In this document: one piece after another, positions 26,134-31,359 of the stretch | Layout: every line of letters starts with the position of its first letter | Position numbering within the stretch: position 1 is the stretch's first letter | NCBI GenBank assembly: GCA_965649205.1 | Contig: CBFGJV010000023.1 | Coordinates: forward strand, 1-31,359 | From: a candidate division WOR-3 bacterium | Lineage (GTDB): Bacteria; Hydrothermota; Tepidihabitantia; Tepidihabitantales; Tepidihabitantaceae | Direction: 5' to 3' | Length of the DNA stretch: 31,359 bases | Notes under the pieces: generated by a model | Told to the model about the DNA's origin: nothing | Database searches by the model: none | Seen by the model: the letters and a program-made list of their open reading frames with translations, nothing else | Made by a program: the position numbers and the translations under genes

Positions 26134-27180
26134 GTGCCCGCTAATCTTTCTCCGGAGTACAAAAAAGCTGAAGAACAATTCAGACAAGCTGTCACCCCGG
26201 AAGAAAAGCTTGCGGCTCTGGAACAAATGCTTTCAACCATACCCAAGCACAAAGGCACCGAGAAGATGCAGGCCGACCTCAAGACCCGCATTGCCCGCCT
26301 GCGTCGAGAACTATCTGGCAGCAGCAAAAGCGGAACCAAGCGTGCTGACTGGTATCATATTGAGAAGCAGGGAGCCGGTCAGGTAGTAGTGTTTGGCGCA
26401 CCAAACACCGGCAAATCCGCACTGGTCCAGACCCTCACCAATCTGCCCACCACCGTAGCTCCCTACCCTTTTTCTACAACTATACCGGCAGCAGGCATGA
26501 TGCCATATGAAGATATCCAAATACAACTCGTGGATACCCCGCCGGTAGTACCAGATTCGCCAGCCTGGCTTTTCCACATTTGCCGAACTGCGGACCTGGG
26601 GGTATGGCTTCTTGATTTGTCTGATGACGACATCCTGGAAACAACGGAAAAGACAAGGCACATTCTCGTCACTGCCCGCGTTCTTCCTGTCGCCGTCCAA
26701 CCCCTACTTGCTGACCATTCTGATCTTTCTACCGCCGACGCTCAAATCTCCCCGGCCACAACAACCAAAAGCGCCCCCTCGGCTTCACCTTTCCACCCGG
26801 TTATAGTCTGCGGTTCAAAAGCCGACGCCCCGGGCGCCCCGGAAAGACTCGCGCTGGTAAAGGAATTACTTCAGGAGGAGAAAATACTGCCCATCTCTGC
26901 CCAGACTGGTCTAGGGCTGGCAGAACTCAAGGACACGCTGTTCAAATTGCTGAACATAATACGCATCTACACCAAGAAGCCGGGAAAACCTCCTGCGCTG
27001 GACGACCCGGTGATACTGCGCCGCGGAGCGACTGTGATGGATGCGGCAGAAAGTCTGCACAAGGAAATCGCTGCCCACCTCCAATATGCCCGACTGTGGA
27101 ATTCATCGGGGTACAACGGTCAGCGGGTAGAACGCAACCACGTGTGCCAAGATAAAGACATCTTGGAATTCCACACTTAG
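26134..27180 (+). CDS. DRG/Obg-family GTPase with C-terminal TGS domain
   Basis: MPANL...IPKHKGTEKM, QGAGQV, GAPNTGKS, YPFSTT, DTPP, IRIYTKKPG, LHKE...ARLW...GQRV...DKDILEFH. Confidence 0.9.
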   Translation: MPANLSPEYKKAEEQFRQAVTPEEKLAALEQMLSTIPKHKGTEKMQADLKTRIARLRRELSGSSKSGTKRADWYHIEKQGAGQVVVFGAPNTGKSALVQTLTNLPTTVAPYPFSTTIPAAGMMPYEDIQIQLVDTPPVVPDSPAWLFHICRTADLGVWLLDLSDDDILETTEKTRHILVTARVLPVAVQPLLADHSDLSTADAQISPATTTKSAPSASPFHPVIVCGSKADAPGAPERLALVKELLQEEKILPISAQTGLGLAELKDTLFKLLNIIRIYTKKPGKPPALDDPVILRRGATVMDAAESLHKEIAAHLQYARLWNSSGYNGQRVERNHVCQDKDILEFHT

Positions 27181-27203
27181 CTGCGAAGAGCCTGCAAACT
27201 GAC

Positions 27204-27614
27204 TCATTCTTCAATTGGTTCCTGGCGAAGGGCTTTCTTTTCCGCCACCATGCGTTTCAACCGCAACACTTTTTCCTTAGCTCGTTTTGCCCGCTTGCGC
27301 TTCTGTCGTCTCAGTTTGGCTATGCGACTCTGCTCTCTTTCTATTTCTCCCCGCAAGTACGCCTCTACCTTGTCGCATAGCACACGCCGGGCCAGAAATC
27401 GGTTCAGCGCCTGCGACCGCTCCTGAGTCATTTTGACTTCTATTCCCGTCGGAACATGCTTGAGATACACCCCGGTTTCCACCTTGTTCACATTCTGGCC
27501 TCCGGGACCAGAAGACTTTATGAACCTTTCTTCTAAATCGGCCTCCCGGATGTTCAGCGTATCCATCCGCTTCAGCAAAGCCTGTTGTTTTCTGGGACTG
27601 ACGCCAAACTGCAT
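27204..27614 (-). CDS. Short peptide-chain release factor-like peptidyl-tRNA hydrolase (GGQ domain plus basic tail)
   Basis: LEERFIKSSGPGGQNVNK...LKHVPTGI...ERSQALNR; Arg/Lys-rich C-terminus; no codon-recognition domain. Confidence 0.88.
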   Translation of the reverse strand: MQFGVSPRKQQALLKRMDTLNIREADLEERFIKSSGPGGQNVNKVETGVYLKHVPTGIEVKMTQERSQALNRFLARRVLCDKVEAYLRGEIEREQSRIAKLRRQKRKRAKRAKEKVLRLKRMVAEKKALRQEPIEE

Positions 27615-27682
27615 CTGCTCTAAAACTCAACTCCTAGACAACAGCGATATGTCCTTCTTGTTCCGGTTGCAGCCATAACGGA

Positions 27683-29623
27683 TTACCAGATACCACCCGC
27701 AGGGTCTTCAGCCGTATCGGTCAACTGTTCTGCTTTAACTCGCGCCAACTCTTCTTCCAGAGATTTCTTCTGCTGCGCCAGTTGCCAAGCCCGGTTAAAG
27801 TCAAGAGCCTCCCGTGCCAGTTCATATTCCCTCTGCGTAGCCTCAATCCTTCTGGCCAGTTCCTGCAGGCGTTCGTCTGCTGACCGCGTGGTTATTGCTG
27901 TAGGTTCAGTCAACGTCGTATGCGTAGATATGCTCCCTGCTCTCTGTTTGTCCGACCCGCTTCCTTTGCGCGTAGCCGGTGGTACTGTGACCAACTTGTC
28001 GGGCTTGCCCGCCGGACTTCGCCGTCCTCCTGCCTGAGACGAGGCAAACGTATAATTTCCCGGAAACAACACCACTTCCCCATGTTCGACCCGAACTGTC
28101 TTATCTGCCAGAATGTCAAGCATGTAACGATCATGAGCCGCAAATACCACTGTGCGTTTGTAACGGCTGATGGCATCAAAAAGTATTTCCCGCGAGCGCA
28201 TATCCAAGTGATTAGTCGGCTCGTCCAGTATCAGCAGATTCGAAGGCGTCAGTAGAGTGCTGATGATTGCCAGCCGGCTCCGCTCTCCTCCTGAAAGTAC
28301 TTTCACTTTCTTCTCTACCGCCTCGTCCTTGAAAAGGAAAACACCCAATATGCCTTTGAGCTGATTTTCGGTGTAACCGGAACCCAGCCGCCTAACCGTT
28401 TCCAACACGGTCAGTTCTTCGTTGAGTTGTTCCTCGGCCCCCTGCTCGTAATAGGCAATCCGCGTCTTCTGACTCAACCACACTTCTCCCTGGTCCGGTT
28501 TCAATTTACCTGCCAGTAGCCTCAACAGCGTGGTCTTGCCAGAACCGTTGGCTCCGAAAATCCCCACTTTCTCACCGCCCTTTATCGAAAGGTTAGCTCC
28601 GGCAAAAACCCAACGCCCACCGAATTGCTTGCCTGCGTTTCTCAATTCAAAAGCCTTACCATGAATCTCCTCTGCCTCTGGAAATTCAATCTTGATGTCT
28701 TTGCTCTCCCGCACCGGCTCCAATCGCTCCAGCTTATCCAACATTTTCTGCCGACTCATAGCTCGAGGCGCCGTATCCTTGCGTCCTTTGAACTTGGCAA
28801 TAAAAGCCTCGGTTCGCTTTATGAAAGCCTGTTGCGCCTCGTATGCCTCCTGCTGCCGCGCATCTCGCTCCTCCTTATCCTTGAGGTAGCTGGAGTAGTT
28901 TCCCTTGTAAACCAGTATCCGGGGTTTTTCGATAGCCCAGATACACCGAACCAGACCATCAAGAAGATAGCGGTCGTGCGCAATCATCAGCAGGGCCCCT
29001 TTGTACGCAGTCAGATATGCCTGCAACCATTCAATAGAGCGTATGTCTAGATAGTTGGTAGGCTCGTCCAGTAGAAGCAGATCAGGCTCCTGAAGAAGCA
29101 TCTTGGCCAAGGTAAGCCTTATCTTGAAACCACCACTCTGGGTTCTGACCCGTTTTCCGAAATCCTCCTGCTGAAAACCGAGTTGGATGAGGACTTTCTT
29201 CGCTCGCGACTCGCAGTCATAGCCGTCCGCTTCGTATTCGTGCTGCAGTTGAGCGTATTTGTCCAGCAGCAGGTTCAGCCTCGCACTGGGAATATCAGGA
29301 CGACTCATCTCCCGCTCGCACTCCACCATGCGTCGGTGTACCTCCTGGAGATGGGCGAATGCCGTCAGGGCTTCCTCCAGCACGGTCCGATCGCTGTCCA
29401 CCGCCCCGGTTTGTGGCAAATACCCGATTCGTATTCCTCTGGGAAGTTGCACCGTACCGGCAGAAGGTTTCACCTCGCCGGCTACCAGTTTCAATAACGT
29501 TGATTTGCCTGATCCATTGGGCCCTACAAGCCCCACCTTATCTTGCGGGTTCAACTGCAGATTCACGTCCTTGTAGAGCAACTGCGTGCCAAACTCTACC
29601 GCTATGTTATTCAAACTGACCAT
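27683..29623 (-). CDS. ABC-F family ribosome-associated ATPase
   Basis: Two ABC domains (GPNGSGKS/LLDEPTN/AHDR and GANGSGKT/LSGGE/ILDEPTNHLD), YKGNYS linker, no transmembrane segments. Confidence 0.93.
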   Translation of the reverse strand: MVSLNNIAVEFGTQLLYKDVNLQLNPQDKVGLVGPNGSGKSTLLKLVAGEVKPSAGTVQLPRGIRIGYLPQTGAVDSDRTVLEEALTAFAHLQEVHRRMVECEREMSRPDIPSARLNLLLDKYAQLQHEYEADGYDCESRAKKVLIQLGFQQEDFGKRVRTQSGGFKIRLTLAKMLLQEPDLLLLDEPTNYLDIRSIEWLQAYLTAYKGALLMIAHDRYLLDGLVRCIWAIEKPRILVYKGNYSSYLKDKEERDARQQEAYEAQQAFIKRTEAFIAKFKGRKDTAPRAMSRQKMLDKLERLEPVRESKDIKIEFPEAEEIHGKAFELRNAGKQFGGRWVFAGANLSIKGGEKVGIFGANGSGKTTLLRLLAGKLKPDQGEVWLSQKTRIAYYEQGAEEQLNEELTVLETVRRLGSGYTENQLKGILGVFLFKDEAVEKKVKVLSGGERSRLAIISTLLTPSNLLILDEPTNHLDMRSREILFDAISRYKRTVVFAAHDRYMLDILADKTVRVEHGEVVLFPGNYTFASSQAGGRRSPAGKPDKLVTVPPATRKGSGSDKQRAGSISTHTTLTEPTAITTRSADERLQELARRIEATQREYELAREALDFNRAWQLAQQKKSLEEELARVKAEQLTDTAEDPAGGIW

Positions 29624-29724
29624 AGGCGAAAACGGAACGGCACAACGGAAAGACCCAGTTCTTTCTCACAAGAAAACACATCTACCTCAGAAAATTGTAC
29701 CGGGCAACTATCTGATTGCGGTCA

Positions 29725-30186
29725 TTAGAACAAAGAATCCAGGGTAGAAGAAAGAAAACGTCTAGTTTCTGGCCCATATCCTTCATAGCGGAAAACTTCC
29801 TCACCTGTGCGACCGAAAAGTATTGTCGTCGGCACCGTCTCTACCTTCAAACGCGTATATAACTCTCTTTCCTTGGGAACCGCAAAACGTATGCCGGGAA
29901 AAGAATCGAGCAGGTCTGCATCGGGTTTCTGTGTCACTACTGCCAATAACTGCGCCTTCTCTGCGAATGACAGCAGGTCGGCAAGAAGCAGACGAGATAG
30001 TCCTAAATTTGGGTCGCAGATTATCAGCAAAACCGGACGGCCGGTGGAAAGCGGAAGTTCCACTGCTGTTCCCTTCAGACTGAGAAGGGTATTACCCCAA
30101 GACCACGACTTCTCCTGCGATTTCTTCGGGCCGCAGGAGCACGCGAGTAAAACAGCCAGAAGAATTAGAAAAGGAAACCGGATAAT
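29725..30186 (-). CDS. Thioredoxin-fold-like lipoprotein lacking CxxC, with a non-canonical (ATT/ATC) start
   Basis: The frame of track ORF 29725..30063 is open for 41 more codons upstream: IIRFPFLILLAVLLACSCGPKK (lipoprotein signal). LKVETVPTTILFGRTGEEVFRYEGY is a cis-Pro thioredoxin-like motif. Confidence 0.6.
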   Translation of the reverse strand: MIRFPFLILLAVLLACSCGPKKSQEKSWSWGNTLLSLKGTAVELPLSTGRPVLLIICDPNLGLSRLLLADLLSFAEKAQLLAVVTQKPDADLLDSFPGIRFAVPKERELYTRLKVETVPTTILFGRTGEEVFRYEGYGPETRRFLSSTLDSLF

Positions 30187-30879
30187 CTAGAACTTCTCCC
30201 TGAGCGTGCGAACAAAAGAAAGCTGCACTTTCACTTCTTCTGCCTTCTCGCCGGTCGGTTCTTTCTTCAACAACTCCTTGTACAAAGCCTCAGCCTGATC
30301 AAGAGCTCCTGCCTCTGCGTAGGCCCGACCGGCAGCCAGGGCCGCATCAAAAGCCATGGGCCACTTGGGATAACGTCGGTAAACATTCTCGTACTGACGC
30401 GCCGCCTTCAGCATATTGCCCAGCTCCGCATCACAATCAGCCAAAGCTCTGGCCGCAGCCGGGTCTAGAACAGGATTGTTCTTGGACTTGGAGAGAAAAA
30501 GACCGAACTCACGTTTCGCCTCTTCAAAGCGCCGCGTCTGAAAATAAATCTGCCCCAGGTAGTAATGGGCTTTTACGCCAACGTAATCCTTACCGAATCG
30601 GCTCGCAACTGCCTTGAAGGCATCCTCTGCCTGATCAATCATATTCTGACTATACATCCCCAAAGCCTCAGTAAAACGAAGCTGAGCTTCAGACTCTCCC
30701 CCTTTGCCCCCCTGGAGAAGCACTATACCTCCGACGATAAGCAAAACCACCACGCCACCTATTACCCAGAACTTCTGCTTGTCTCGGTAATAGGCTGCCG
30801 TGACCTTTTCCACGAAAAGCTGAAACTTGTCTTCTTTCAAATCTCGCTTACTTACCAAATGCGGGCCTTTGTATTTCAT
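30187..30879 (-). CDS. Membrane-anchored tetratricopeptide-repeat protein (YfgM/CpoB-like)
   Basis: KRDLKEDKF N-terminus, one transmembrane helix, TPR motifs (AHYYLGQIYF, ALAAGRAY); SD AAAGGG. Confidence 0.85.
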   Translation of the reverse strand: MKYKGPHLVSKRDLKEDKFQLFVEKVTAAYYRDKQKFWVIGGVVVLLIVGGIVLLQGGKGGESEAQLRFTEALGMYSQNMIDQAEDAFKAVASRFGKDYVGVKAHYYLGQIYFQTRRFEEAKREFGLFLSKSKNNPVLDPAAARALADCDAELGNMLKAARQYENVYRRYPKWPMAFDAALAAGRAYAEAGALDQAEALYKELLKKEPTGEKAEEVKVQLSFVRTLREKF

Positions 30880-30930
30880 ATGTTGCCCTTCTGATGTATA
30901 AAAACCAGCAGCTGCGCTTCGTTTCTCTTC

Positions 30931-31004
<74 letters not shown>

Positions 31005-31013
31005 TCTTGACGC

Positions 31014-31041
31014 ATTATAGACCCGGCCCTAGCAAAGTCAA
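31014..31041 (-). promoter_or_regulatory. sigma70-like promoter of tRNA-Arg
   Basis: TTGACT-16 bp-TATAAT, 9 nt upstream of the mature tRNA 5' end. Confidence 0.8.
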
Positions 31042-31140
31042 GGCTACAGAACCAACTCTGCAAGCCAGAGGGACGATGTCTTCAAACAGAAGACCCGGAA
31101 GGTATCAGATTAACTCCTCAGAATTACCAATGACTTAGCC

Positions 31141-31359
31141 TGCCCGCCCCTATCCGCTGTCCCTGCCGCCCTCACCCCCTCTGCCCACCCCACCCTCATC
31201 ACCACTCCCGTTCTCTACCCCCGCCTCTCCTGCCTCCTCTTTCCCCAAGTCATATCTCAGTTCAAACCTGGCTTCAACCCCGCACTCACCACACCCCTGA
31301 AACCAGAACTGAACCCCCTAATCAAACCTCTCTTCACACTCCACCTGTACTTCCCTTTC
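31141..31359. repeat. C-rich/G-poor low-complexity tract with degenerate 12-nt periodicity
   Basis: Very few G on the + strand; units ttcaaacctggc/ttcaaccccgca/ctgaaaccagaa/ctgaacccccta/atcaaacctctc. Confidence 0.55.

Overview
Bacterial chromosomal window. The Kelch-repeat and T9SS/Por-type C-terminal-domain proteins resemble those of FCB-group candidate phyla such as WOR-3, but that assignment is inference. Left 11.8 kb (minus strand): a TrmB-family regulator heads a tightly packed run of five secreted or surface-protein genes (beta-helix; DNRLRE-like; CBM-like/CARDB/FN3/Kelch; Gly/Asp-repeat; DNRLRE plus FN3 array). Four of the five carry apparent single-base lesions: an in-frame TAG, an in-frame TAA, two 1-nt frameshifts and an ACG where the start codon is expected. 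The ORF track therefore fragments them and misses the FN3 array at 1-983. The remainder looks like intact core genome: etfA, two 2-hydroxyacyl-CoA dehydratase/activase-related genes, a DciA-like gene, era, accA, a PorV/PorQ-like beta-barrel, an uncharacterised sandwich-hybrid protein, a multi-OB-fold secreted protein coupled to an ABC solute-binding lipoprotein, short serA plus DUF1015, a DRG-type TGS GTPase, a GGQ release-factor-like protein, an ABC-F ATPase, a thioredoxin-like lipoprotein, a TPR protein and tRNA-Arg(CCT). Eight sigma70-like promoters can be read. Six have 16-bp spacers and four sit 5-9 nt (three at 5 nt) or 7 nt before a start codon, implying leaderless mRNAs. No CRISPR array, integrase, transposase or reverse transcriptase was seen.
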